A stretch of DNA of 64,000 nt. Origin: Gemmatimonadaceae bacterium (GTDB lineage: Bacteria; Gemmatimonadota; Gemmatimonadetes; Gemmatimonadales; Gemmatimonadaceae). The stretch is from positions 23,016 to 87,015 of the forward strand of contig JADYYN010000199.1 of assembly GCA_020853635.1 (NCBI GenBank), in the 5' to 3' direction. Below the pieces are notes generated by a model. That model searched no databases and was not told the origin of the DNA. It saw nothing but the letters and a program-made list of their open reading frames with translations. Shown piece by piece: positions 32,307 to 42,285 of the stretch. Position 1 is the stretch's first letter; each line of letters starts with the position of its first letter. Position numbers and translations under genes: made by a program.

Positions 32307-33455
32307 ATGAGTCAGGACCGTCGGTCGTTCCTTCGCACGCTGGGTGTCGGTGGTGCTGGCGTGCTCTCGATGCCGGCGTGGATCAATGCGCGCGGCCTCG
32401 AAGCCGGCACGCACGCCGAGGCGAGCGCGGTCGCGGCCACCGCACGCGCCAACGGCGTCATCAAGCTGGATTCCAACGAGAATCCCAACGGACCGGTGCC
32501 CGCCGTGATCCGCGAAGTCCAGAAGAACTTCCGCGCGGCGGCCCTCTACCCCGCTCGCTCCGAACAGCCGGTGCGCGATGCGATCGCGAAAGCGAACGCA
32601 CTGGCAAGCGACCAGGTCATGCTCGGCTGCGGGTCCGGTGAGGTACTGCGCTTGGCGGTGCAGGCGTTCTGTTCACCCTCGAAGCATCTCGTGTCGGCTC
32701 TGCCGAGTTTCGAATCGCCGGCGCAGTACGCGCGCGTGCTGGGCCTGCCGGTGCGGGAGATCCCGCTCGACAGCGAGTTGCGGATCGACCTCGCTGCGAT
32801 GGCGCGGGAATCGCGTGGCGCAGGGCTCGTCTTCCTATGCAATCCGAACAATCCCACCGGGCACGTGCACAGCGCAGCGGCCGTGAAGGGCTTCATCGAG
32901 GAAGTCCTGCGCACCGACCCTGAAGTGGTCGTGCTGGTCGACGAAGCGTACCACGAGTTCGTCGATGACCCCGCATATGCCTCCGCCGCGCCGATGATCG
33001 CCAACACACCACGGGTCTTCGTGTCACGGACGTTCTCGAAGATCTACGGCATCGCCGGCATGCGACTCGGCTATGCGCTGGGTGCGCCGGCGACCCTCAC
33101 CAAGATGGAACGTCTCCGTCTGCCGAACGGCATCGGTGGCCTGACGCAGGTCGCTGGCATCGCCGCGCTCAGCGAGCCGGCGCAGCTCGCGAAGGAACAG
33201 CGCGACAACCGTGCCGCGCGTGCGTTCACGACGAAGTGGTTCACGGACGCGGGATACACCGTGGTGCCATCGCAGGCGAACTTCGTGCTCGTACAGCTCA
33301 AGCGCGACGCCGGCGCATTCCGCGACGCTTGTGCGAAGCACGATGTCCTTGTGGGGCGCGTGTTCCCGCCGCTCACCACGCACTCCCGCATCTCCATCGG
33401 CACCATGGATGAGATGCAGCGGGCCGTGCAGGTGTTCAAGCAAGTGCTCGGGTAG
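32307..33455 (+). CDS. HisC-like class I/II PLP aminotransferase with a twin-arginine signal
   Basis: DRRSFL Tat motif; SNENP, CNPNNPTG, DEAY, RTFSKIYG..GMRLG. Confidence 0.85.
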   Translation: MSQDRRSFLRTLGVGGAGVLSMPAWINARGLEAGTHAEASAVAATARANGVIKLDSNENPNGPVPAVIREVQKNFRAAALYPARSEQPVRDAIAKANALASDQVMLGCGSGEVLRLAVQAFCSPSKHLVSALPSFESPAQYARVLGLPVREIPLDSELRIDLAAMARESRGAGLVFLCNPNNPTGHVHSAAAVKGFIEEVLRTDPEVVVLVDEAYHEFVDDPAYASAAPMIANTPRVFVSRTFSKIYGIAGMRLGYALGAPATLTKMERLRLPNGIGGLTQVAGIAALSEPAQLAKEQRDNRAARAFTTKWFTDAGYTVVPSQANFVLVQLKRDAGAFRDACAKHDVLVGRVFPPLTTHSRISIGTMDEMQRAVQVFKQVLG

Positions 33456-33472
33456 GGAAGGCGTCGCGAACC

Positions 33473-34609
33473 GTGCGCGCGTCGAACCGCCCTCGCTGGG
33501 ACGACCATCCAGACCTCGCCCTTCCCTCACTCACCGGTGAGCAGGAGGCCGAGGTCTGCGTCGTCGGGCTCGGCGGGACGGGACTGTCCTGCATCACGGA
33601 AGCGTTGGCACTCGGCGCGCAGTCCGTGATCGGGATCGATGCCGTGGGTATCGCGGCGGGCGCGGCCGGGCGGAACGGTGGCCTCTTGCTCTCCGGCACC
33701 GCCGAATACCACCACGATGCCGTAGCGCGGTTCGGTCGTGAGCGCGCGGTGACGATGACGCGACTCACGCTTGATGAGATCGAGCGGATCCGAGCGGAAG
33801 TGCCGGATGCGGTGCGCGTCACGGGATCGCTGCGCATCGCGTCGGACGCCGCCGAGCTCGATGACTGCGAACGGCAGCGCGCGCAGATGACCGCCGATGG
33901 GTTCGCCTGCGAAACGTACATCGGCACGGAGGGTCACGGCATCGTGATGCACAATGATGCCGTCTTCAATCCCTTGCGTCGGGCGCGCACCATCGCGGAG
34001 CGCGCGCTCCACGCGGGTGCGCGACTCTTCGGTGGCTCGCCCGTGCATGCCATCGAATCCGGCGACGGGCCGCACGTGCGCACCGACGCGGGCGTGGTCC
34101 GTGCGAAGCACCTCATCATCTGCGTGGACGGACACCTCGAACAACTCGTGCCCGCGCTCGGGGGCGAGGTCCGCACCGCGCGCCTGCAGATGCTGGCGAC
34201 GGCGCCCGAGCAGTCGGTGCGCTTCACGCGCCCGGTTTCGACGCGCGATGGCTTCGACTACTGGCAACAGCTCCCGGATGGCTGCATCACCCTCGGCGGC
34301 GGGCGCGACATCACACCCGACACCGAGTGGACACACGACGCCACGCCGACGCCCGTCATCCAGCAGTATCTCGAACAGACACTCCGCCAGAAACTCGGCG
34401 TGCACGCACCGATCACGCACCGCTGGGCGGCGTCGGTCGGCTACACCAGCACCGGACTGCCCGTGTTCCGGTCGCTCGGCGATGGCGTGCAGGTCATCGG
34501 TGGGTACAACGGGACCGGCAACGTCGTCGGCGCGTTGCTGGGGCGCGCGGCGGCGCAGCGAGCACTCACCGGACGATCATCGATCGCCGAGGCGTTCCTC
34601 CCCGCCTGA
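33473..34609 (+). CDS. FAD-dependent oxidoreductase (DAO/PuuB-like)
   Basis: VVGLGGTG, GAAGRNGG, GGYNGTG. Confidence 0.85.
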   Translation: MRASNRPRWDDHPDLALPSLTGEQEAEVCVVGLGGTGLSCITEALALGAQSVIGIDAVGIAAGAAGRNGGLLLSGTAEYHHDAVARFGRERAVTMTRLTLDEIERIRAEVPDAVRVTGSLRIASDAAELDDCERQRAQMTADGFACETYIGTEGHGIVMHNDAVFNPLRRARTIAERALHAGARLFGGSPVHAIESGDGPHVRTDAGVVRAKHLIICVDGHLEQLVPALGGEVRTARLQMLATAPEQSVRFTRPVSTRDGFDYWQQLPDGCITLGGGRDITPDTEWTHDATPTPVIQQYLEQTLRQKLGVHAPITHRWAASVGYTSTGLPVFRSLGDGVQVIGGYNGTGNVVGALLGRAAAQRALTGRSSIAEAFLPA

Positions 34610-34615
34610 CCTCCG

Positions 34616-36244
34616 TCAGCGCGATCCGGCGTCGCCGCGCGGACCGTCCTGCCGGAGCATGAGCGTCTGCGTCGGGAACGCGAAACTGGCACCCGCACCC
34701 TCGACGATGCGCATGATGCTCAGGAGCAACTCCTCGCGCACGATGCGGAACTCGTTGATGTCGGAGACGGTGAGCCAACAGAACACCTCGATATCGAGCG
34801 ACGACGCGCCGAACTGGAAGAACCGCACCGCGACGAAGTCGGTCCACAACTTCGGATGGGCGCGGAGCATCGCGTCGATCCCATCACGCACCGTTGTCAG
34901 CTGCGCTGCCGTCGTACCGTATTCGAGACCGATCACCGTGCGGAACCGGAACCGGTCACGTGACCCGAAGTTCTCGGCGCGTGAGTCCGCAAGGATGCCG
35001 TTGGGCATCGTCACAACGGTGCGGTCAAGCGTCCGGATCCGCGTCGACCGCAATCCGATGGACTCCACTTCGCCATCCACATCGCCGATCCGTACATAGT
35101 CGCCCACGCGGAACGGTTGATCGATCCCGATCGACACGGAGCCGAAGAAGTGTTCGAGCGATTTCTGCGCGCCGAGCGCGACCGCGATACCGCCGATGCC
35201 GAGACCGGCGAGCAGTGTGGCGATCTCGTAGCCGAAGCTGGCGATGACCGCGAGCAGCCCGAGGAGCAGGACGAGGAGCCGCGCGATCCGTGCGCCGAGC
35301 GGGATGAGCGAGCGCAGCGCCGGATGCGTGGCACCCCATGCACTCACCGGCAACGCCGACTGCAGCACGGTGATGATGCGCAGGATGATCCAGAACAACG
35401 CGACGACGGCCGTCGCTCGCTGCAGATCCACCACGAACGACTCGGCGGGCGCCGGCAAGGCGATCCAGCGCAACAGCAACCGCGACGTGATGGCGCCGAG
35501 GAGCAGCACGATCGGACCGCGGATCGACGCGACGAGCAGATCGTCGAGATCGGTATCGGTGCGACTGACGAGCCGTTTGAGTGTGGCCTGTGTGGGTCCG
35601 GCCAGCAGCAGTCCGGCGAGTCCCGCGAGCGGGATCAGGATGAGGAGCGCGATCCACTGCCACCACTGGACGTCGAACGGCCCTGAGTCGAGCAGGATCG
35701 GCGGCAGATGTTCACGGATCCAGGAGTCTGACAGCGCACCGTACATTGCGTCGATCTCGGCCACGGTCCCCGACGAGAAGACCCAGCGGAGGACGCCATC
35801 GCGACGGAGGCGCGCGAGCCGGATCGAGACGGTTCGGTCCTCGACCGCCACGGTTCCGAGAAGCTCACGGTCGTCCGGCAGGCCGTCCGCCGTGTCACCG
35901 ATCGCCGCGGGACTCAATCGCTCCAGGTCCAACCAGAGTCGCGCGTCGAGGACCGCCGACAGGCGCCGCGCGAGGTCGCCCGACCGGGCGGTATCGACGC
36001 CACTGAGGTCGAGGGCGGCAGCGGCCCGCGGAAGATCGTTCGCCCGCATCGCCGCAAGGAAGCCCTCGATGGCCGCGCGCGGCGAATTAGCATCGACCAC
36101 CGTCGCCACCTCCGGTGGCGCGGTGTCCGGAGACGGTCCCTGACCGCGGCTGAGCAAGCCTTGTGCGGGGAGAACCACAGTACTGACGGCGCTGAACGCG
36201 GCCAGCGCGGAGAATCGACGGAGCTGAACGGAAAACGAGGCCAT
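34616..36244 (-). CDS. mscS: Mechanosensitive channel, MscS family, with periplasmic N-terminal domain
   Basis: LLAGLGIGGIAVALGAQ, QPFRVGD, IGLRSTRIRT, FAFPTQ. Confidence 0.88.
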   Translation of the reverse strand: MASFSVQLRRFSALAAFSAVSTVVLPAQGLLSRGQGPSPDTAPPEVATVVDANSPRAAIEGFLAAMRANDLPRAAAALDLSGVDTARSGDLARRLSAVLDARLWLDLERLSPAAIGDTADGLPDDRELLGTVAVEDRTVSIRLARLRRDGVLRWVFSSGTVAEIDAMYGALSDSWIREHLPPILLDSGPFDVQWWQWIALLILIPLAGLAGLLLAGPTQATLKRLVSRTDTDLDDLLVASIRGPIVLLLGAITSRLLLRWIALPAPAESFVVDLQRATAVVALFWIILRIITVLQSALPVSAWGATHPALRSLIPLGARIARLLVLLLGLLAVIASFGYEIATLLAGLGIGGIAVALGAQKSLEHFFGSVSIGIDQPFRVGDYVRIGDVDGEVESIGLRSTRIRTLDRTVVTMPNGILADSRAENFGSRDRFRFRTVIGLEYGTTAAQLTTVRDGIDAMLRAHPKLWTDFVAVRFFQFGASSLDIEVFCWLTVSDINEFRIVREELLLSIMRIVEGAGASFAFPTQTLMLRQDGPRGDAGSR

Positions 36245-36327
36245 TCCGCAACCTCGGCAGTGTACGCCGCCACCGCAACCCTCGCGCGACACGCTAACTT
36301 TCACCCCAGACCCTGACCCCGCGACCG

Positions 36328-38097
36328 ATGGCCACCTCGCCCAACGCCCCGCATCTCGCCGATCCGGATACCAACCCCTCGTTCACGCGCGGCGTGTTCC
36401 AGGGAGAGATCCGCGAAGACCTCGTCTTCCCGTTCCCGGAACCGAGCACCGAGGAGCGTGAATCCCTCACGCAGATCCTCGATGCATTCCGGAGCTGGGC
36501 CAAGGACACCCTCGATCCCGCGCAGCTCGACCACGACGGCAAGTTCCCCGACGCCGTGCGTCAGGGAATGGCCGAACTCGGGCTCATGGGCCTCAACATT
36601 CCCGAGGCGTACGGCGGCTTCGGTGCGTCGACCATGGTCTTCACCCGTGTGTTCGGTGAGATCGGTGCGCACGACGCCGCTCTCGCGGTGTACTTCGGCG
36701 CGCACCAGAGCATCGGCATCAAGGGCATCATCCTCTTCGGCACCGAGGAGCAGAAGCAGGAGTGGTTGCCCCGCTGCGCGAGCGGCGAACTCATCGGCGC
36801 GTTCTGCCTCACGGAGCCGGGCTCCGGCTCCGACGCGCAAGCGATGCTCACCACCGCCGTCCCCGACGGTGACGACTATGTACTCAACGGCACCAAGATC
36901 TGGATCTCCAACGCCGGCTATGCGGGCGTGTTCACCGTGTTCGCGAAGGTCCCCGTCACCATCGATGGCAAGGAGAAGCAGCGCGTCACCGCGTTCATCG
37001 TCGACGCCCACGCGCCCGGCATCTCACTCGGCAAGATCGAGGAGAAGATGGGCATCAAGGCCAGCGACACGCGCAGCGTAACGTTCGAGAACGTACGTGT
37101 GCCCAAGAGGAACCTGCTCGGCGAGGTGGGCGGCGGATTCAAGATCGCGCTCGAGATCCTCAACTCCGGGCGCCTGGGCTTGTCGGCCGGGTCGTCCCGC
37201 GGCACCCGCATGATGATGAAGACCGCGATCGAGTACGCGAAGCAGCGCGAGCAGTTCGGACGACCCATCGGCTCGTTCGAGATGATCCAGCGCAAGATCG
37301 CGATGGCAGCGGCCGACTGTTACGCCGCCGATGCGGGCTGGATGCTCTGCGCCGGCATGGTGGACAAGGGCGGCGTGGACTTCTCGCTCGAGACCGCGGC
37401 CTGCAAGATCTACGCGTCCGAGCTCGCCTTCCGCACTGCCAACGAGGCCCTGCAGATCGCCGGCGGCATCGGCTACTCCAAGGAGTATCCGTACGAGCGC
37501 GCGGTGCGCGACTCGCGCATCAATCTCATCTTCGAAGGCACCAACGAGATCCTGCGCGCACTCATCGCGCTCATGGGTCTGCAGCAGCCGGGTGAGGAGC
37601 TCAAGGCGGTGGGCAAGGCGTTCAAGGATCCGCTGCACTCCATCGGCGCGATCTCGAGCTATCTCACCGGCCGTGTGAAGCGCACGCTCGTGAAGCCGGA
37701 GTTCACCAAGGTGCACGAACTCCTCGCCGACGAAGCCGATCTCGTCGCCGACAACATCCATGGGCTCGCGATGGCCGTGGAGAAGGCGCTGATCGAACAC
37801 GGCAAGGCGATCATCGAGCGGCAGATGCTGCAGGAGCGCATGGCCAACGCGGCGATCGACATCTACCTGTCGACTGCAGTGCTCGCCCGCGCCACCGCCG
37901 CCATCAAGAAGCACGGAGAGGCCGGTGCCGCCGCGGATCTCGAAGCGGCGCGACTCTTCATCCCCACGTCGATGCGTCGTACGCGTCGCGCCATCCGCGC
38001 CCTCGAGCGCAACGCCGATGACACCGTGCGCGCGATCGCGCAGCGCGCGCTCGACACCGGCGACCTCACCGTTCCCACGCCCACCGACGTTCCGTGA
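36328..38097 (+). CDS. Acyl-CoA dehydrogenase (VLCAD/ACAD9-like)
   Basis: AFCLTEPGSGSDA, NGTKIWISN, RDSRINLIFEGTNEI, C-terminal extension. Confidence 0.92.
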   Translation: MATSPNAPHLADPDTNPSFTRGVFQGEIREDLVFPFPEPSTEERESLTQILDAFRSWAKDTLDPAQLDHDGKFPDAVRQGMAELGLMGLNIPEAYGGFGASTMVFTRVFGEIGAHDAALAVYFGAHQSIGIKGIILFGTEEQKQEWLPRCASGELIGAFCLTEPGSGSDAQAMLTTAVPDGDDYVLNGTKIWISNAGYAGVFTVFAKVPVTIDGKEKQRVTAFIVDAHAPGISLGKIEEKMGIKASDTRSVTFENVRVPKRNLLGEVGGGFKIALEILNSGRLGLSAGSSRGTRMMMKTAIEYAKQREQFGRPIGSFEMIQRKIAMAAADCYAADAGWMLCAGMVDKGGVDFSLETAACKIYASELAFRTANEALQIAGGIGYSKEYPYERAVRDSRINLIFEGTNEILRALIALMGLQQPGEELKAVGKAFKDPLHSIGAISSYLTGRVKRTLVKPEFTKVHELLADEADLVADNIHGLAMAVEKALIEHGKAIIERQMLQERMANAAIDIYLSTAVLARATAAIKKHGEAGAAADLEAARLFIPTSMRRTRRAIRALERNADDTVRAIAQRALDTGDLTVPTPTDVP

Positions 38098-40031
38098 CCG
38101 TCATCTCCTGCTCCAACGTCGGCATCTCGTTCGGCGCAACTGAACTCCTGAAGGACATCACCTTCACCGTCGGCGACGGCGACCGCTGGGGCATCATCGG
38201 GCGCAACGGCGCGGGGAAGTCGTCGCTGTTCAAGGTCTTCACCGGCGACCTCAAGCCCACCGCCGGCACGGTCGCCCGACGTCCAGGCCTGCGACTCGCC
38301 CTGCTCGACCAGCACCGCGCCGTCGAAGGCGCCACCACCGTGTGGCAGGCGGCCGCCGCCGCGTGGAAGGAAGTCATCGCGCTCGAACAGAGCATCGGTG
38401 AGCAGGCCATCCAGCTCGGTGAACTCGGCGAGAAGGTCACCGACGAGTTCCTCGAACGCTTCGGCCACGATCAAGAGCGCTTCGCCGACCTCGGTGGCTA
38501 CATCTACCACGCGCGCGTCGACGCCGTGCTCCAGGGCTTGGACTTCGACGCCGAGGAGTCCAAGACGCGGCTCGTGTCGTCGCTCTCGGGCGGCGAGCGC
38601 GGCCGCGTGGGCTTGGCGGCGCAGCTCATCGCGCCCGCGGATCTCCTGCTGCTCGACGAACCGACCAACCACCTCGACCTCGACACCACCACCTGGCTGC
38701 AGGAATGGCTGCGCGACGCGAACGAGACGGTCATCGTGGTCTCACACGACCGCGCGTTCCTTGACGCGATCTGTTCGCACATCCTGCACATCGAAGCGCG
38801 CTCGAGCGAGTGGTACAAGGGCAACTACAGTCAGTTCGTCCCCCAACGCGCCGAGCGACGCCTCACGCGAGAGCGCGAGCTGCAGAAGCAGATCGCGTAT
38901 GTGAAGAAGGAAGAGGAGTACATCCGGCGGAACCTCGCGGGCGTGAACTCCTTCCAAGCCAAGGGCAAGCGCAAGCGACTCGAGCGTCTGCCGCGTCTCG
39001 CACCGCCTCCGGGCGATCCGGCGGCGATGAACCTCCGCTTCGAACCCGCGGATCGCGGTGGCGATCAGGTCATCGCCATCAAGGATCTGCGCGTCGAAGT
39101 GCCGGACCGCGTGCTCGTCGAGGAGTTCACGGCCGTGCTGCGTCGTAATGACTTAGTCGCACTCGTCGGACCCCACGGCGCCGGCAAGAGTTAGTTCATC
39201 TCCACGATCCTCGGCGACCGCAAGGCGGCGGCGGGTGAGAGCCGCATCGGCGGGTCCATCGTGCCGGCGTGGTTCCGTCAGGACCTCGCCGACTTGCCAC
39301 TGCGCAAGTCACTCATGGACGCGATCCTCGATCAGCGCCCGCTCTGGAGCCGCGGCTCGGTGCAGAACCATTTGGGCGCGTTCGGCTTCAGCGGCGACGA
39401 GGTGTTCCGCGAGATCGGCACGCTGTCCGGCGGCGAGCGCGCGCGCATGGCGATGGCACTCATCTGCCTCGCGCATGCAAACCTCCTCGTACTCGACGAA
39501 CCGACCAACCATCTCGACGTCGAGAACATCGAAGCGCTTGAAGACGCACTCGAGGAGTACGACGGGACCGTCTTGCTGGTGAGTCACGATCGCGCGTTCC
39601 TCCGTGAGGTCGCCACGCGCGTGTGGGCGTTCGATGGCTCACGACTGGTCGACTTCGACGGCCCGTTCGTCGACTGGGAAGCCGATCGTGCGTCAAAAGC
39701 TCAGCAGGCTTCGCGCGCCGAGCTCGACGCGGCCGAAGCGCGCAAGAAGGTCGAGAAGGAACGCGCGAAGAAGAACGCGGCGGCGCAGGACGACGATCAT
39801 GCGGCCCGACGCGCGCAGAAGCGCGCCGCCGAGGACGCGGAGAAGGCCGTCGCGCGGCACGAAGCGAAGGTCAAGGACCTTGAGGGCCAGCTCGCCGACG
39901 CCGATCTGTATGACGGCTCACCGGCGAACGCGAAGAAGGCGGCTCAGCTGGATCAGGCACTCGCCCGTGCACGCAAAGAGCTCGACGCGGCGATGGCCGC
40001 GTGGGCCGAGGCGGTGGAGTCGGCCCGGTAG
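38094..40031 (+). pseudogene. ABC-F family ATPase interrupted by an in-frame TAG at 39192-39194 (pseudogene or sequencing error)
   Basis: Two ABC cassettes (LSGGE, LDEPTNHLD x2) in one frame; second Walker A reads GPHGAGKS*FIST; track ORFs 38094 and 39261 are in frame. Confidence 0.8.
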
Positions 40032-40045
40032 CGCTTCGCTCGCGC

Positions 40046-40513
40046 TTACGACGCTTCGGGGCGGAGCTTGTGGTACGCCCCGAGCGCCTGCTTCAGCGCC
40101 AGTCGCGCCGACATCTCGAGCTCGAACTCCACATTGATCTCGTTGAGCTGCTCGGCGCCGTGCTTCTTCAGGCGTGTGGCGATCGCGTCGCTCTGCGCGT
40201 GCCGACGGCAGTACTCACGGCTCGCCATCCACAGCGCGTTGGCCGCGTGCCAGAGGTCTTCGTCGACCTTGCCGCGCCCGGCGGCCGCGGTCGACTCGTA
40301 GCGCGTGGTCGCATCGGCCAGCAGACGGTCGCAGAGATCGACCACTTCGGCCACACCACCGAGCTCCGTGTCATCAAGGCCGTGCCCGAGCACGCGCTGC
40401 AGACGGCCGTGTTGGTGACAGCTCTCGTGCGCGGCGCGGTAGAGCGCGTCAGCGGCATCGCGGACGGGCGTCGCAGAGGGCTTCGGCGGACGAACAGTAG
40501 CTTTGGACGGCAT
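40046..40513 (-). CDS. Hypothetical helical protein
   Basis: ORF with typical codon usage filling the gap between neighbours; ATG 40513. Confidence 0.6.
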   Translation of the reverse strand: MPSKATVRPPKPSATPVRDAADALYRAAHESCHQHGRLQRVLGHGLDDTELGGVAEVVDLCDRLLADATTRYESTAAAGRGKVDEDLWHAANALWMASREYCRRHAQSDAIATRLKKHGAEQLNEINVEFELEMSARLALKQALGAYHKLRPEAS

Positions 40514-40590
40514 CAGGCTGGAACCGGTGTGGGGGATGTCTGAACTCTGGTCAGACGGGCGTGCGCCGCGCAAGGCAACACGCGATATCC

Positions 40591-41349
40591 CTACCGCAGC
40601 TCTCCCGCACGGATCGCGATGGGCCAGCGGATGGTGCGCCGCGCCGGCGTGCCCCACGCCTCGGCCAGCGTCTGCTCGAAACGGCGGATCGCCTCGTCCC
40701 CGCGTTGCGCGATGTAGCGCTGCGTCGCCGACCACGAGCGCAGGTACCCCGTGAACCCGGCGAGCGACCAGTCCTCGTGCATCTCGAGCGGCGGCGGGGC
40801 GAGTTCATCGATCGGCAGCGCGAGCGTGCGATAGCCGTCGAGCAGCGTCTCGCGTCCGGTGGGCCAGTGCGCGCCGAGTGTGACGTCATGGTGATGCCGC
40901 ACGACGGCATCGATGTCCGGCGTGACCGCGCTGTGCTGGTACGCGAACGCGGCAAGGACCGCACCCGGCTGGCGGACGCGCTTCGCCTCTTTCAGAAACT
41001 TCGGCAGGTCGAACCAGTGCAGCGCCTGGCCGACGGTGATCAACTGCACCGAGCCATCGGCGAGTGCGGTGTCGTACGTCGCGACACGATACTCGATGCG
41101 CGGATGTGCGATGGCTTCCGCGATCTGCTCGGTGCTAGCATCGGTAGCGTGCACGCGCGAGAACCGCGTCACGAGACCGGTCGCCACCTGTCCGTTCCCG
41201 GTCCCGGCATCCCACGCGAGGGCGGTGCCCGGTGCGACCACGGCCAACCAATGGAACAGCGCGACCGGATACCGCGGACGATGTTTCGCGTACATCGCCG
41301 CATGCGCCGAGAAGTGGTCGGCGAACGCGGCACTCTCGCGATGCCTCAC
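40591..41349 (-). CDS. Class I SAM-dependent methyltransferase
   Basis: FADHFS..A..YAKHRPRYP, WDAGTGNGQ, VGQALHWFD. Confidence 0.9.
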   Translation of the reverse strand: MRHRESAAFADHFSAHAAMYAKHRPRYPVALFHWLAVVAPGTALAWDAGTGNGQVATGLVTRFSRVHATDASTEQIAEAIAHPRIEYRVATYDTALADGSVQLITVGQALHWFDLPKFLKEAKRVRQPGAVLAAFAYQHSAVTPDIDAVVRHHHDVTLGAHWPTGRETLLDGYRTLALPIDELAPPPLEMHEDWSLAGFTGYLRSWSATQRYIAQRGDEAIRRFEQTLAEAWGTPARRTIRWPIAIRAGELR

Positions 41350-42257
41350 GGCGTCGGGTCGTCTGCGACGAACGCGATACGATCACCGGTCGGACTCAGC
41401 GCGATTCGTGACATGCCCTTCACGCCCAACTCGGTGAAGTCGGCCAGCACATCCCAGCGATCCCCGACGCGGATCATGAGGCGCGTACCGGACGTGGCGA
41501 TGAGCTGCCCGTTCGGTGTCCACACGTGGTACTCACCGCGCTCCGGCACCGGCGCGATGCGGCGGAGACTGCTCGTTCGCACGTCGACCTCGGAGATCCA
41601 CGTCGTATCACGTCCCATCTGCACGAACGTGAACGCGTCACGGCCCGGCACACGCGCCAACGCACGACCGATCCCGCGCGCGAGTGTGTCAGCGCGCTCG
41701 GTGCGCGGATCGACCAAGACCAGCGCATTCGGGTCGCGCGGCGCGGTCCGTTGCGCCAACACGAACGTGCCGAGCCGCGCTTCGTTCACCCACACGTGGT
41801 AGCCGACCGGCCGCAGTGCTGTCAGCACGAGCGACGGAGCACCGCCGTCCCAGGGGAACTGCCACAGTCGCTGCGTAGAATCAGCCTCGACGCGGATCAC
41901 CGAGAAGCCGCGGCCATTGGGCGTGGGTGTCGCCGAATACTCGCTCTCAGGCGTGGACGTGAGACGCGTGTGCGCCCCTCCGTTCACACTCACTCGCCAG
42001 ATGTCCGCCTGCGCGTCCTCTCGTGTGCTGGTGAACATCACGGCGCGGCCGTCGGGCGTGAACGCGGGCTGGTTGTCGTAGCCCGCGCGCCGCGTGACGT
42101 TCGTCGGACGACCGATGCTCACGTGCGTGCCGACCTCATGGAACGTCGCGACCCAGATATCGGTGCCGCCCTGCGCCTGCGCGGGGCAGGCGGTCGCCGT
42201 GAGCAGTAAGCCGGCGACCATCCCGGTGGTGAAGGCCTTCATCACTTTCGTCTGCAT
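41346..42257 (-). CDS. Secreted TolB-like (PD40 repeat) beta-propeller protein
   Basis: Signal peptide; GYDNQPAFTPDG, ESEYSATPTP, LSPTGDRIAFV. Confidence 0.8.
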   Translation of the reverse strand: MQTKVMKAFTTGMVAGLLLTATACPAQAQGGTDIWVATFHEVGTHVSIGRPTNVTRRAGYDNQPAFTPDGRAVMFTSTREDAQADIWRVSVNGGAHTRLTSTPESEYSATPTPNGRGFSVIRVEADSTQRLWQFPWDGGAPSLVLTALRPVGYHVWVNEARLGTFVLAQRTAPRDPNALVLVDPRTERADTLARGIGRALARVPGRDAFTFVQMGRDTTWISEVDVRTSSLRRIAPVPERGEYHVWTPNGQLIATSGTRLMIRVGDRWDVLADFTELGVKGMSRIALSPTGDRIAFVADDPTP

Positions 42258-42285
42258 CGCGCGCTCCATCGGCCTCACGGCCGCG

